NCBI GenBank assembly: GCA_047638615.1
Contig: JBLIMF010000001.1
Coordinates: 992 to 64,991 of the forward strand
Reading direction: 5' to 3'
DNA length: 64,000 nucleotides
Source: Gammaproteobacteria bacterium
GTDB taxonomy: Bacteria; Actinomycetota; Acidimicrobiia; Acidimicrobiales; Ilumatobacteraceae
Shown one piece after another: positions 17,466 to 26,627 of the stretch (the first letter of the stretch is position 1; every line of letters starts with the position of its first letter). Both the position numbers and the translations under genes were made by a program. The notes below the pieces were generated by a model that saw only the letters and a program-made list of their open reading frames with translations, searched no databases and was not told where the DNA came from.

Positions 17466-18620
17466 CTAGATGATCTTGAGTTCGGGGGAGTAGATCTTCT
17501 TCGGCTTCATGTCGACAGCGATCTGGCGGGCCATCTCGTGGAAGATCTTGGCTGATTCGGACTCGGGGTCGACTGCCGTGATCGGCTTGCCGTCGTCGCC
17601 GCCTTCGCGTAGCGCCGGCACGAGCGGAAGCCGACCGATGAGCGGAACTCCAACGTCGTCAGCGAGTGCTTGGCCGCCGCCGGACCCGAAGATCTCGTAC
17701 TTTTTGCCGTCATCGCCGGTGAACCAGGACATATTCTCGATGACGCCGCGGACGGGCAGGTTGACCTTTTCCGCCATCGCGGCCGACATCGCGGCGACCT
17801 TCTGGGCTGCGGGCTGGGGCGTGGTAACGACGAAGACCTCGCCACGTGGCAGGTACTGCGAAAGTGACAGAGCAATGTCCCCAGTGCCGGGCGGCATGTC
17901 GATGAGGAGGAAGTCAGGTTCGTCCCAGAACACGTCGGTGAGGAACTGCTCAAGTGCCTTGTGCAGCATGGGGCCACGCCAGATGACGGCCTCGCCTGCA
18001 GGGACGAAGTAGCCGATTGAGATCGCTCTGACGCCGAACATTTCTGGGGGGATCAACATCTCGTCGATGACGACCGGTTCGCGATCGGTGCCGAGCATTC
18101 GGGGAATCGAGTAGCCGTAAATGTCGGCGTCGATAATGCCGACCGAGTAGCCCTGCGCCGCGAGCGCAACGGCGAGGTTGGTGGTGACGGTCGACTTGCC
18201 GACACCGCCTTTGCCCGACGAGATGAGGAGCGGACGAGTCTTCGAATCATTCTTGGAGAACGGGACCACACGGCCTTCGGCGTGCCCGTGGGCCTGGCCC
18301 TGACCAGCAGATGCGCCGGCATCGCCGTGGAGGGTCTTGCGCAGGTTTTCGCGATCCGCGTCGCTCATGACGGTGAACTCGAGATCTATCGACTCGACGC
18401 CGTCGAGCTGGGTTGCAGCGTCGGAGACGCGCTTCTCGATTTCGGCCTTGAGCGGGCAGCCCGGAACTGTCAGGGCAATGAGAATGCCAACGACCCCGTT
18501 CTCCATGATCGAGACGCCACGGAGCATGCCGAGGTCGACGATTGAACGATGGAGTTCGGGATCTTCGACCGGCCGGAGGGCCTCGACGATCTGCTCTTCG
18601 GTGACAACGGGTCCACTCAT
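17466..18620 (-). CDS. mrp: Mrp/NBP35 (ApbC) Fe-S carrier ATPase with N-terminal DUF59
   Basis: 'DPEL..SIVDLG', 'GCP', 'SGKGGVGKST', 'DADIYG', 'WRGPM', 'DMPPGTGD', 'ENMS'. Confidence 0.92.
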   Translation of the reverse strand: MSGPVVTEEQIVEALRPVEDPELHRSIVDLGMLRGVSIMENGVVGILIALTVPGCPLKAEIEKRVSDAATQLDGVESIDLEFTVMSDADRENLRKTLHGDAGASAGQGQAHGHAEGRVVPFSKNDSKTRPLLISSGKGGVGKSTVTTNLAVALAAQGYSVGIIDADIYGYSIPRMLGTDREPVVIDEMLIPPEMFGVRAISIGYFVPAGEAVIWRGPMLHKALEQFLTDVFWDEPDFLLIDMPPGTGDIALSLSQYLPRGEVFVVTTPQPAAQKVAAMSAAMAEKVNLPVRGVIENMSWFTGDDGKKYEIFGSGGGQALADDVGVPLIGRLPLVPALREGGDDGKPITAVDPESESAKIFHEMARQIAVDMKPKKIYSPELKII

Positions 18621-18681
18621 GGGGTCCAGTGTGTCGATGGCCTGCAGGATTTGCACTACGGCGATAGGTAATATTGCCGGC

Positions 18682-19431
18682 GTGTCTACTGGAACCGCGT
18701 TCACCGCCACCGTGTCGGCAATTACCGATGCATTTGGCGATCCGACGCGCCGCTCCGTTTATCTGTTCGCCCGCGAACGATCTCGAGCCAACGATGGCGA
18801 GGCACCGGAGGGCGTCACTGCGTCGATGGTTGCCAAGCAGGTCGGCGTGCACTCAAACGTGGCACGTCATCACCTCGACAAGCTTGCCGCCGGCGGCTAC
18901 CTCGAAGTTGTCACCGGCAAGCCGAGCGGTACGGCCGGACGGCCGTCGAAGTACTATGTCGCCGTTGGCGACGCGCTCGACGAAGCGACGTTTCCCGTCC
19001 GGAGTGACGACCTCGTGCTGTCGCTGCTGGGTCGCACCTTGAGTAAGTTGCCCCACGATGAAGCCGAGCAAATGGCCGAAGAGGTCGGCTCCGAATACGG
19101 CAAGGCGATGGCCGCGGGGCTCACCGGCGATGCGTTGAAGGCGGGGCAGCGCTCATTGCGATCCGCCATCCAGGCAGTTGCTGATGCACTGTCGGCCCAT
19201 GGATTCGCAGCGCACGCCGAAGGCCGCAACAATCAACTGAAGATTATTAACAACCATTGCCCTTTCGGTGACATCGCCGCCGAGCACCCGGTGATTTGCG
19301 CAGTCGACCGAGGCATGGTCCGCGGGATGCTCAGTGAACTGTACAAAACCGACGACGACGACGCTTTCCGTGGGATCACCACCGACTCGTCGTTGGCCGC
19401 CGGTGACACCTTCTGCACCACCTCCGTCTGA
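18682..19431 (+). CDS. ArsR-type HTH regulator with C-terminal Cys cluster (SufR-like)
   Basis: 'FGDPTRR', HTH 'VHSNVARHHLDKL', 'GRPSKYY', and Cys in 'HCPF', 'HPVIC', 'TFC'. GTG start lies 7 nt after TAATAT. Confidence 0.75.
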   Translation: MSTGTAFTATVSAITDAFGDPTRRSVYLFARERSRANDGEAPEGVTASMVAKQVGVHSNVARHHLDKLAAGGYLEVVTGKPSGTAGRPSKYYVAVGDALDEATFPVRSDDLVLSLLGRTLSKLPHDEAEQMAEEVGSEYGKAMAAGLTGDALKAGQRSLRSAIQAVADALSAHGFAAHAEGRNNQLKIINNHCPFGDIAAEHPVICAVDRGMVRGMLSELYKTDDDDAFRGITTDSSLAAGDTFCTTSV

Positions 19432-19532
19432 CGGGCGAGATCGCCTGATCTGGGCGTCACCCGAACTCCTCGTTGAGCAAGCTCAACGTCGTTGTCGGCT
19501 GCTTTGGCGCCGAACAATCTGATCCCGTCAGA
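19427..19532. repeat. Dispersed structured intergenic element, copy 1
   Basis: Terminal stem TCTGACGGG/CCCGTCAGA and central CGTTGAGCAAGCTCAACG palindrome. Homologous to 55857-55965. Confidence 0.75.
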
Positions 19533-19590
19533 TGCGAAGGGAAGCCAGGAAGGAAAAAATGATGACAACGGATTCGGGTGATCTGGACGC

Positions 19591-20235
19591 TCAGACGCGG
19601 TGCCGGGCGTATTCGATGACGCGACCGACGACTTCGTCGCTGGCCTTGGTGGTGCTCCCTGCGTCGAACGGGGGTTGAGGGTCGTACTCAATCATCAGCT
19701 GCGATGCCTCTGCTGCGACTCTGTCAAACAGGATCTCGACGAGGCGGAGCGCCATGTCAATCCCGCTGGAGACTCCCGCGGCGGTGATTATCCGCTGATC
19801 GAGATGTTCGACGACACGGCCCCCAGTCGCGAGGGCGCCGTATTCGGTCAGAACATCGAGTGCCCCCCAGTGCGTCGTTGCGGTGAGGCCATCGAGTAGG
19901 CCCGCAGCGGCGAGCACGAGCGATCCGGTGCAGACCGACGTAGTAAACGTTGTTGTCGGGTGCGCATTGCGCAGCCAGTTGAGCACGTGCTGGTCGTTCA
20001 TCAGCGCTCGTGTGCCGTGCCCACCCGGGAACACGATGAGATCTGGCATGGGGAAGTCTTCGAAGGTGCCATCGACTTCGATCCCGAGCATGCCGTTGTC
20101 GGAGCGAACGACGCCACGCTCTCTGCCGATGAAGGTGATGTCGATGTCCGGAATGCGCTGCAGAACTTCGTAGGGGCCAATGCCATCAAGGGCGGTGAAT
20201 TGTGGAAAGAGGGGGATGACGGTCTGAATGCTCAT
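19591..20235 (-). CDS. DJ-1/PfpI family protein (isonitrile hydratase-like)
   Basis: 'LDGIGPYEVL', 'PGG', nucleophile 'SVCTGS', 'ATTHW', 'AAGVSSGIDMAL', 'EYDPQPPF'. Confidence 0.88.
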   Translation of the reverse strand: MSIQTVIPLFPQFTALDGIGPYEVLQRIPDIDITFIGRERGVVRSDNGMLGIEVDGTFEDFPMPDLIVFPGGHGTRALMNDQHVLNWLRNAHPTTTFTTSVCTGSLVLAAAGLLDGLTATTHWGALDVLTEYGALATGGRVVEHLDQRIITAAGVSSGIDMALRLVEILFDRVAAEASQLMIEYDPQPPFDAGSTTKASDEVVGRVIEYARHRV

Positions 20236-20408
20236 TTGGTTCTCTCGTTTCGGCAGCTGGCGCATCAGGCGGGCGAATCAGAATGAAGTAGTAGATGGTC
20301 GTATCAGAATGGCGCGGCAGCTTCACTGTCGCGCTCCCACAGTTTCGGCCATGGACGCAGTAGTCACGTCGCAGCAGGCACGACGCGGTCCGCCGGTAGT
20401 CTGCAACC

Positions 20409-20642
20409 GTGGACGTACGCATCGGAGTCACCCAAGCCCCTCGTGAGATCAGCCTCGAACTCGCCGACGACGCAGATCGCGATGATTTGAAGTCGCGCGT
20501 CGAAGCGGCACTTGCGGGTGCCAGCGACGTGCTGTGGATCACCGATAAGCGCGGCAACGATGTCGGCGTGCCGTCAGCGAAGATTGCCTACGTTGAGCTC
20601 GGCTCTTCCGAAAGCACCCGCAAGATCGGCTTCGGAGACTGA
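20409..20642 (+). CDS. DUF3107 family protein
   Basis: 'MDVRIGV...PREI', 'IAYVELG', 'KIGF'. GTG lies 6 nt after TAGTCT. Confidence 0.85.
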   Translation: MDVRIGVTQAPREISLELADDADRDDLKSRVEAALAGASDVLWITDKRGNDVGVPSAKIAYVELGSSESTRKIGFGD

Positions 20643-20689
20643 AGGCCTGTGGTCCGGGCTGAAGGCGCTGACCACATGTGTAGCCCATC

Positions 20690-21664
20690 ATGACCTCGCT
20701 GCTTGACCTTGACCTGCTCTGGGTAACGGGCAAGGGGGGCGTCGGCAAGACTTCGACGGCTGCAGCGATCGCGGAAGTCGCCGCCCGGTCCGGACGTTCG
20801 ACGCTCGTCTGCGAAATGGACGCCAAGGGCGCGCTTGCATCGGCTCTTGGAGTCGTCGAGCTCGATTTCACGCCAGTCGAAGTCGCACCGAATTTGCATG
20901 CCATGTCGATGAGCACCGAAGACGCGCTTCGGGAGTATCTCCGGCTCTTCGTGAAGATTCCGTTTATCGGGCGCATTGGTCCGCTTGCGAAGACCTTCGA
21001 CTTCGTTGCTGACGCCGCTCCTGGGGTCAAAGAGATCCTGAGCGTCGGCAAGCTGTGCTTCGAAGTTCGTGAGCGGAACTACGACCTGGTCGTCGTTGAC
21101 GCCGAATCAACCGGCCACATTGTCAGCCAGATCGGGGCGCCCAAAGTGATCGGCGATCTCGTGCAGGTCGGTTTGGTTCGTGAGCAGACCCAATGGATGC
21201 TCGACATTCTGAACGATGCCAACCGAACGGGCGTCGCCGTGGTCACCACCCCGGAAGAGATGCCTGTAACCGAATCGTCTGAGTTGCTGCGCCGTCTGAC
21301 GAACGAGACCGGCGCGCATCCCGCTGTCGTGATCGCCAATCGAGTTCTCCCGGTGCTGTTCGACCGTCGTGAACAGGCGGTGGTCGATCAACTCGACGGA
21401 GTGCTTCCCATCCTCATCGATGCAGTCGGGCCAGGGGCCCGAGCCGTACTCGAAGCGGCCCGCTTCACAGATGCTCGTCGCCGCACCGGCGCTCAGCACC
21501 TCGGTCGGCTGCGCTCCGAACTCGACGCCGCCGACCCGCCGCTCGACATTCCGATCATCACGGTGCCGGAATTGTTCGCACGGAGTGGTGGTCGCCGCGT
21601 TGTGTCCCTGATCGCCGATGGACTTGCTGACGAACTCGACATTGAGATTCCGAGCGACCGATGA
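20690..21664 (+). CDS. ArsA/Get3-family ATPase (Rv3679-like)
   Basis: 'TGKGGVGKT', 'APGVKEIL', 'VVDAESTGH', 'PEEMPVTE'. Confidence 0.85.
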   Translation: MTSLLDLDLLWVTGKGGVGKTSTAAAIAEVAARSGRSTLVCEMDAKGALASALGVVELDFTPVEVAPNLHAMSMSTEDALREYLRLFVKIPFIGRIGPLAKTFDFVADAAPGVKEILSVGKLCFEVRERNYDLVVVDAESTGHIVSQIGAPKVIGDLVQVGLVREQTQWMLDILNDANRTGVAVVTTPEEMPVTESSELLRRLTNETGAHPAVVIANRVLPVLFDRREQAVVDQLDGVLPILIDAVGPGARAVLEAARFTDARRRTGAQHLGRLRSELDAADPPLDIPIITVPELFARSGGRRVVSLIADGLADELDIEIPSDR

Positions 21665-22827
21665 GCGAACTCGACAACCTGCTCGCCAGCCGCGAGATGA
21701 TCCTCGTGGCAGGCTCGGGCGGCGTCGGTAAGACCACGATCGCAGCATCGATGGGCATCGCCGCTGCCCAGCGTCAGAAGGGCAAAATTCTCGTCCTTAC
21801 CGTCGACCCCGCCAAGCGGCTCGCCACAGCCTTGGGCCTTGACGAAGTTGGCAACACGCCGGTGCGGATCGAGCCAGCTGTGTTTAAAGAGGCCGGGGTC
21901 AACGTGCGAGGTGAACTGTGGGTCGCCATGCTCGATACGAAGGCTGGCTGGGATCAGCTGATCCGCCAACATGCGCCCGATGCAGAAGTGCGCGACGCTG
22001 TGTTGGCAAACCCGCTGTATCAGAACATCACGAGCCGCTTCGTCCACAGCCACGATTATCTTGCGATGGAACAGCTCCATGACTTGCATGCGACCGGTGA
22101 TTTCGATCTTGTGATCGTCGATACACCGCCATCGCGAAATGCGCTCTCGATTCTCGACGCGCCGGGTCGGATGGTCGACTTTTTCGGGAGTCGACTGCTG
22201 CGATGGCTCACCGTGCCGTACCGCTCGCGTCTTTTTACGTTGGCATCAAAGCCGTTTTATCAAGTCGCCGATCGTGTACTCGGCTCCCGGTTCCTCCAAG
22301 ACATCGCTGATTTCTTCGTACTGTTCCAAGCCATGGAAAAGGGATTTGTCAAGCGGGCCCGTGCTGTTGAAGCCCTGTTGGGCGATGCCCGGACGGCTTT
22401 CGTTGTCGTTACTACGCTCGAAACGGCTCCAAGCCACGAAGCGAAATTCTTGGCCCAGGCCTTGCTGAATCGTGGCATGACGCTTGGCGCGATTGTGGTG
22501 AATCGTGTCTTGCCAGCGCAGCTTGCGGGCGACGATGCAATCGCAAGCGCCAACGACCTTCTGGAAGCACGGCCCGAGCTCATCGGTGCGGTCGCTGAGC
22601 AGCTCGATGACGCATCACCGAAGACCGTCGCTGCCGTGCTGGCTCAACTCGCCGAGCGATTCGACGATGTCGCACTCGTTGCGAGCCGAGAAACCGAGCG
22701 CCGAGCCGAGCTTGCGACCTTTGCGTCCACGATGCTCGATGTCCCGTGGCTGACTGGAGACATTCACGACATCGCTGGCCTCGGCGAGCTCGCTGAGCAT
22801 CTGCGCGTCGACTCGGTCAGCAGCTGA
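21661..22827 (+). CDS. ArsA/Get3-family ATPase (Rv3680-like)
   Basis: 'GSGGVGKTT', 'TVDPAKRLA', 'YLAMEQL', 'DTPPSRNAL'. Overlaps the partner gene by 4 nt. Confidence 0.85.
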   Translation: MSELDNLLASREMILVAGSGGVGKTTIAASMGIAAAQRQKGKILVLTVDPAKRLATALGLDEVGNTPVRIEPAVFKEAGVNVRGELWVAMLDTKAGWDQLIRQHAPDAEVRDAVLANPLYQNITSRFVHSHDYLAMEQLHDLHATGDFDLVIVDTPPSRNALSILDAPGRMVDFFGSRLLRWLTVPYRSRLFTLASKPFYQVADRVLGSRFLQDIADFFVLFQAMEKGFVKRARAVEALLGDARTAFVVVTTLETAPSHEAKFLAQALLNRGMTLGAIVVNRVLPAQLAGDDAIASANDLLEARPELIGAVAEQLDDASPKTVAAVLAQLAERFDDVALVASRETERRAELATFASTMLDVPWLTGDIHDIAGLGELAEHLRVDSVSS

Positions 22828-22897
22828 ACCCAGCGCGCTCCAAACTGTCGGGCCAATTGCAACGGCTATAGCTGCCAGATGCGGCAGACTCTCCCTG

Positions 22898-24403
22898 ATG
22901 ACTTCATTGGCCGACCTGTCACGGCAACACTCGTCACTCGGTGGCGACGACATCGATCATTTGCAGCGGCTCGGCGCTGAGTGGGCGTTTCTTGCCGATC
23001 TCTGCTTTGCCGACCTGTTGTTGTACGTCCGGTCGAACGATGGCAAGTGGGTCGTCGTCGACCAGGTTCGGCCCGCTACGAACCAGACGATGTTTGTCGC
23101 CGATTACATCGGCACGTGGGCGACTCGTGGTGCTGACTTCCTCGACCGCGCCGCAGCGACCGGTGAGACCCTGGAAGGCGAGACCGTTGCAAGCGAGGGC
23201 AACCAGGCCAGCACCCGAATGATGGCGATTCCCGTTCGGCGGGAGGACCGCGTGATTGCCGTGCTCAGTAAGGAATGGAAGGTTCAGGATGGTCGCAGCC
23301 TGGGTGAGCTCGAGCGGGCCTACAACCTCATCTTCGACAAATTCGTCTTCATGATCAACGCCGGCACGTTCCCGTTCGCTGGTCGCGTCGCCGACTCGAG
23401 CGCTGCACCCCGCATCGGCGATGGCGTGTTGATGCTCGACGCGAACGGCACCGTCACGTACGTCTCACCGAATGCGAATTCCGCGCTCCATCGTGTCGGG
23501 ATCCAGGCCAACCCGGTCGGCATGCGACTCGCCGAACTCGGATTCCACGACGGCCCAGCCCGCCAAGCATTCGAGCGCATGGAACCCGTGGTCGAAGAGT
23601 TCGAACAAGGCACCGATGTCACACTCCTGAGTCGGTGCGTACCGCTGGTCCGACACGTCGATGGGGAACTGGTCGTCGATGGCGGCCTCATGCTCGTTCG
23701 TGACGTGACCGAACTTCGTAAGCGCGATCGTTTACTGCTTTCTAAAGACGCAACGATCCGTGAAATCCATCACCGGGTCAAGAACAACCTGCAGACCATC
23801 TCGTCACTGTTGCGATTGCAGGCCCGGCGCCTCACAAACCCCGAGGCCAAGGCTGCAGTGTCCGAGTCGGTGCGCCGCATCCGCACTATTGCACTGGTGC
23901 ACGAGTCGCTCTCTCGGGAGCCGGGAGAAGACATCGCATTCATTGAGATCGTTCGCCCGTTACTTCGGTTGGCCGAAGAAGGTTTGCAATCGCCTGATCG
24001 CCCCGTGCGGTTCACGGTAAGCGGCGATGGCGGTCGGATTGCTGCCGATACCGCAACACCGCTGTCGGTCGTGTTGACCGAATTGCTGCAGAACGCCGTC
24101 GATCACGGCTTCCCCGAGGGCAGCCGTGGTGGTGCAGTGACGGTGTCGCTGACTCAGCGGCTTCGGCAGCTCCACATCAAGGTCACCGATAACGGTCGAG
24201 GCGTCGACCCAGGTTTCGACCTCGACGCTTCGACCGGACTCGGCTTGTCGATTGTTCGCACATTGGTGACGACCGAACTGAACGGCAGCATCTCGATCCG
24301 CCCGGCAGTTCCGGAAGATCTTGATGCCGCTGGCCTCGGCGACGGTTCCTCACACAGCCACGGCACAGTGATCGAACTGTCGGTTCCGACAGTCGACGAC
24401 TGA
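22898..24403 (+). CDS. pdtaS: PdtaS-like cytoplasmic sensor histidine kinase (GAF-PAS-HisKA_2)
   Basis: 'LADLCFADL', 'KDATIREIHHRVKNNLQT', 'ELLQNAVDHG', 'DNGRG', 'GLGLSIV'. No TM segments. Confidence 0.85.
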   Translation: MTSLADLSRQHSSLGGDDIDHLQRLGAEWAFLADLCFADLLLYVRSNDGKWVVVDQVRPATNQTMFVADYIGTWATRGADFLDRAAATGETLEGETVASEGNQASTRMMAIPVRREDRVIAVLSKEWKVQDGRSLGELERAYNLIFDKFVFMINAGTFPFAGRVADSSAAPRIGDGVLMLDANGTVTYVSPNANSALHRVGIQANPVGMRLAELGFHDGPARQAFERMEPVVEEFEQGTDVTLLSRCVPLVRHVDGELVVDGGLMLVRDVTELRKRDRLLLSKDATIREIHHRVKNNLQTISSLLRLQARRLTNPEAKAAVSESVRRIRTIALVHESLSREPGEDIAFIEIVRPLLRLAEEGLQSPDRPVRFTVSGDGGRIAADTATPLSVVLTELLQNAVDHGFPEGSRGGAVTVSLTQRLRQLHIKVTDNGRGVDPGFDLDASTGLGLSIVRTLVTTELNGSISIRPAVPEDLDAAGLGDGSSHSHGTVIELSVPTVDD

Positions 24404-24430
24404 GCCACTTCGGCTCGGCGACGAGAAGAC

Positions 24431-24736
24431 TCAGCCGACAGCAGAGCGGGCGGCGCGTGCTGCGGCCACTCGCTTGCGACGGATGACGCGGCGCTCTTCT
24501 TCGGTGAGGCCACCCCAGATACCAGAGTCCTGGTTGGTGTCGAGTGCGAAATCGAGACAACCCTGGGCCGACGGGCATTCGTCGCAGACCTCTTTGGCGT
24601 TGTCGATCTGAACCAGCGCATTTCCGGTGGTGCCAACGGGGAAAAAGAGTTCCGGATCGGTTTCACGGCACAGAGCGTCATCTCGCCAATCTGTTTCCGC
24701 TGCTCCCAAGGTGATGCTGGACGCAAGAATCGTCAC
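24431..24736 (-). CDS. whiB1: WhiB family Fe-S transcription factor (WhiB1-like)
   Basis: 'WRDDALCRETDPELFFPVG', CxxC, fourth Cys, 'GIWGGLTEEERR'. Confidence 0.88.
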   Translation of the reverse strand: MTILASSITLGAAETDWRDDALCRETDPELFFPVGTTGNALVQIDNAKEVCDECPSAQGCLDFALDTNQDSGIWGGLTEEERRVIRRKRVAAARAARSAVG

Positions 24737-24955
24737 TGGTAATTCTCCAAGGAGTTAGTTCTGGCGCTGCACGCGGGTCCACAACGCATTGTGTATTGGT
24801 GCCGCCCGGTCGACGAATCTAACGTAGGCGCGACCAGGGGGCTCCGCAAGAGGCGAAGAGTGTGACGAACGCGGCCTTGACGGCAGCGGTGAGCGCGTGA
24901 AACTTCTGGCAGGTGAAATTAGAGTGTCTGATCGGGTGACGGCAATACTGCGAAT

Positions 24956-25639
24956 ATGTTGGTGATTGGACATCGAGGCGCGTCCGCTGCCGCCCCAGAA
25001 AACTCTATTCGGGCGTTCGAGTTCGCCGACAAGATGGGAGCCGACGGGGTTGAACTGGATGTTCGCTTGGCACCCGATGGCCGATTGATCGTGAAGCACG
25101 ACCCACTGCCGAACGAATTGGCTGTACTCGATGGCTATCCGGTCCTCTCCGACGTGCTCGCGGCGTGCGGTGACATGCTCGTCAACGTCGAGATCAAGAA
25201 CTCCGCTGACGAGGCTGGCTACGACCCGACTGTTGCCGTTGCCGAGTTGACCATTGCAGTGATGCGCAAGCATGGTGACGCATCGCGATCGATCATTTCG
25301 TCATTTGATTGGGCCACGGTCCAACGTTGCCGCGAACTTGCACCCGATGTGATGACGGCATATCTCGTGATGAATGCCACCGCCGAGCTGATCGAACAAA
25401 CCGCGGCGGCTGGTCATGCTGCCGTGCATCCATGGGAGCCGACCATCGATCAGGCAATGGTCGATCGCTGTCATGGCGCGGGCATCGCCATCAATGCGTT
25501 TACATGCAATGACTCGCAGCGGTTGCAAGAACTCGCCACGATGGGTGTGGACGGCGCCTGCACCGATGTGCCAGACGTAGCGCTGATAGCGCTCGGGCGT
25601 CGGATTAGCCCGGCGGCGCAGTGGGGAACACGAGCTTGA
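24956..25639 (+). CDS. Glycerophosphodiester phosphodiesterase
   Basis: 'IGHRGAS..APENS', 'ELDVR', 'HD', 'NVEIK', 'SSFD', 'TD.PD'. Confidence 0.9.
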   Translation: MLVIGHRGASAAAPENSIRAFEFADKMGADGVELDVRLAPDGRLIVKHDPLPNELAVLDGYPVLSDVLAACGDMLVNVEIKNSADEAGYDPTVAVAELTIAVMRKHGDASRSIISSFDWATVQRCRELAPDVMTAYLVMNATAELIEQTAAAGHAAVHPWEPTIDQAMVDRCHGAGIAINAFTCNDSQRLQELATMGVDGACTDVPDVALIALGRRISPAAQWGTRA

Positions 25640-26531
25640 CGGCGTCGGGCACGTAGACGAACTCAAGGCGCCCCGTGTTTCCGAGTGCGTCGCCGTCGAC
25701 CTGATAGGGGAACGGCGTTGCGTGTTCGATCAGGAGATTGTTCACATCGGTCCGTACATCGAGATGGTCAACGGGCTGCACGCCGCCGCCCTTGAGCGCG
25801 CCGGCGAGCGAACTGAGGATCGCTCGTGCGTTCATCGTCTTGAACGTGATGGCGACCAGGCCACGGTCGAGCGTTGCAGCAGGGGAGAGGTCGAGCGGGC
25901 GATTCCCGAGATACGTGTACGGGTTCGTGTTGAGCACGATGGTGAAATAGCCGTCGCCAACAGGCTCCCCGCCGTCACCGGTGACGCTGAAGTGAGGGTG
26001 CTTGCGGTCGTATCCGCGTAGCCACGTGGACAGGCCAGCGTAGATGAACAATGGGTGCCCCAGCCACCGCTTCAGCGACCCACGCTTCTCGACCTCTTGG
26101 ACGACCGCAGCGTCGTAACCGACGCCAACGTGGAAGCAGAAGTAGCGACCGTTGACCTGTCCAAGCCCGATCGGGCGGAGGTCGGCGGCGTCGAGACCTC
26201 TGGCGAGGTACTCGACCGCTTCGACAGGATCATTCGGCATCCCAAGGGTGCGCGCAAACACATTGGTCGAACCCCCGGGCAGCACGCCGAGCGCAGTGTC
26301 GGTGCCTGCAATGCCTGTGGCGACCTCGTTGAGCGTGCCGTCGCCGCCGTAGCCAATAACGACGTCGACGCCGCGACGGGCCGCGTCGTGAGCGAAGCGG
26401 GTTGCGTGCCCCCGGCGATTCGTTTCAACGATTTCCACATCGTGGCCCCGACTCAGCCGTCGATGGACGACGACGGTGTTCCGCGCAGTCACCGACGAGG
26501 CGAACGAGTTGACCACAAGCAGCACCTTCAC
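25605..26531 (-). CDS. Diacylglycerol kinase family lipid kinase
   Basis: 'GGDGTLNEV', 'LPGGSTNVFARTLG', 'QVDGD'. Confidence 0.9.
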   Translation of the reverse strand: MKVLLVVNSFASSVTARNTVVVHRRLSRGHDVEIVETNRRGHATRFAHDAARRGVDVVIGYGGDGTLNEVATGIAGTDTALGVLPGGSTNVFARTLGMPNDPVEAVEYLARGLDAADLRPIGLGQVNGRYFCFHVGVGYDAAVVQEVEKRGSLKRWLGHPLFIYAGLSTWLRGYDRKHPHFSVTGDGGEPVGDGYFTIVLNTNPYTYLGNRPLDLSPAATLDRGLVAITFKTMNARAILSSLAGALKGGGVQPVDHLDVRTDVNNLLIEHATPFPYQVDGDALGNTGRLEFVYVPDAVKLVFPTAPPG

Positions 26532-26599
26532 TGCCTGGAACGGTACAAGGCGGTCGTGTCGACGCGCGTCACAGTCGCGCGCTCGAATTGGGTTCGTAC

Positions 26600-26615
26600 T
26601 TGACTCACCGGTAAC
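26600..26615. promoter_or_regulatory. Possible second site for the TetR operator motif upstream of etfB
   Basis: TTGACTCACCGGTAAC resembles GTTACCACATGGTAAC at 3402 and overlaps a -10-like TAACTT. Confidence 0.4.
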
Positions 26616-26627
26616 TTAGAAATTCTT

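Noticed and set aside
18337-18681. Apparent 280-bp overlap between mrp and the HTH regulator
   Set aside because: This is an artefact of longest-ORF starts. The likely starts at 18620 (-) and 18682 (+) do not overlap.
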